DNA from: Promethearchaeota archaeon
GTDB taxonomy: Archaea > Asgardarchaeota > Thorarchaeia > Thorarchaeales > Thorarchaeaceae
Direction: 5' to 3'
Assembly (NCBI GenBank): GCA_014728035.1
Contig: WJMJ01000101.1
Location: 57,358-121,357 of the forward strand
Length of the DNA: 64,000 nt
A program made the position numbers and the translations under genes. This document shows, piece after piece, positions 63,916 to 64,000 of the stretch. Every line of letters begins with the position of its first letter. Position 1 is the first letter of the stretch. The notes beneath the pieces were generated by a model. It was not told the DNA's origin. It saw nothing but the letters and a program-made list of their open reading frames with translations, and did not search any database.

Positions 63916-64000
63916 GCGATCATCCTTATTGCCTAATAATAGCAGCTACTTTTGTATATTTTTGATATGCCTGTGTGGCCATCTTTTTAATGTCTGTGTC

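Noticed and set aside
1-64000. cas genes, or a TIGR-Tas-type system associated with the array
   Set aside because: No Cas1/2/3/6, RuvC, HNH or Nop-domain motifs recognised; unit size (~61 nt, single repeat) does not fit TIGR. Genes left of the window cannot be assessed.
1-64000. Stop-codon reassignment as in some huge phages
   Set aside because: The standard code gives dense, full-length genes ending in TAA, TAG and TGA with normal overlaps.
1-64000. tRNA/rRNA genes and rho-independent terminators
   Set aside because: No cloverleaf with T-loop consensus and no clear GC stem plus U-tract seen by eye; tRNAscan-SE/ARNold would be decisive.

Overview
AT-rich, densely coding 64-kb segment that reads as part of a very large (jumbo/huge) tailed phage genome; no capsid, terminase, polymerase, rRNA or tRNA gene is visible, so this is inferred from gene content. 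Layout: (i) a cas-less CRISPR-like mini-array at 374-~700 (28-nt repeat, ~61-nt period, type I-E-like geometry, GC-rich spacers) preceded by three hairpins; (ii) two glycan-modification clusters (3.6-12.2 kb, 46.3-52.3 kb) plus a lone GT at 57.4 kb: about 14 glycosyltransferase-like domains, 3 sulfotransferase domains, 1 methyltransferase, with no export or sugar-synthesis genes; (iii) baseplate/tail-fibre-like genes (15-31, 37-40, 53-57 kb) with collagen, LamG and beta-propeller domains and four long poly-serine tracts (up to 437 aa); (iv) host-like accessory genes (RarA, adenosine deaminase, DinG-like helicase, receiver domain, cold-shock protein, TraR/DksA finger, NrdR-like Zn ribbon, papain and M28 peptidases, degenerate peptide deformylase, metallophosphoesterase); (v) a mosaic minus-strand run of small genes at 58-64 kb. 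An AAAnATA motif precedes about 19 gene starts (putative late promoter). The best candidates for an undescribed system are a phage-encoded glycosylation/sulfation pathway acting on poly-Ser virion stalks, and the orphan mini-CRISPR with a structured leader. All family calls come from motif recognition by eye, not database searches.
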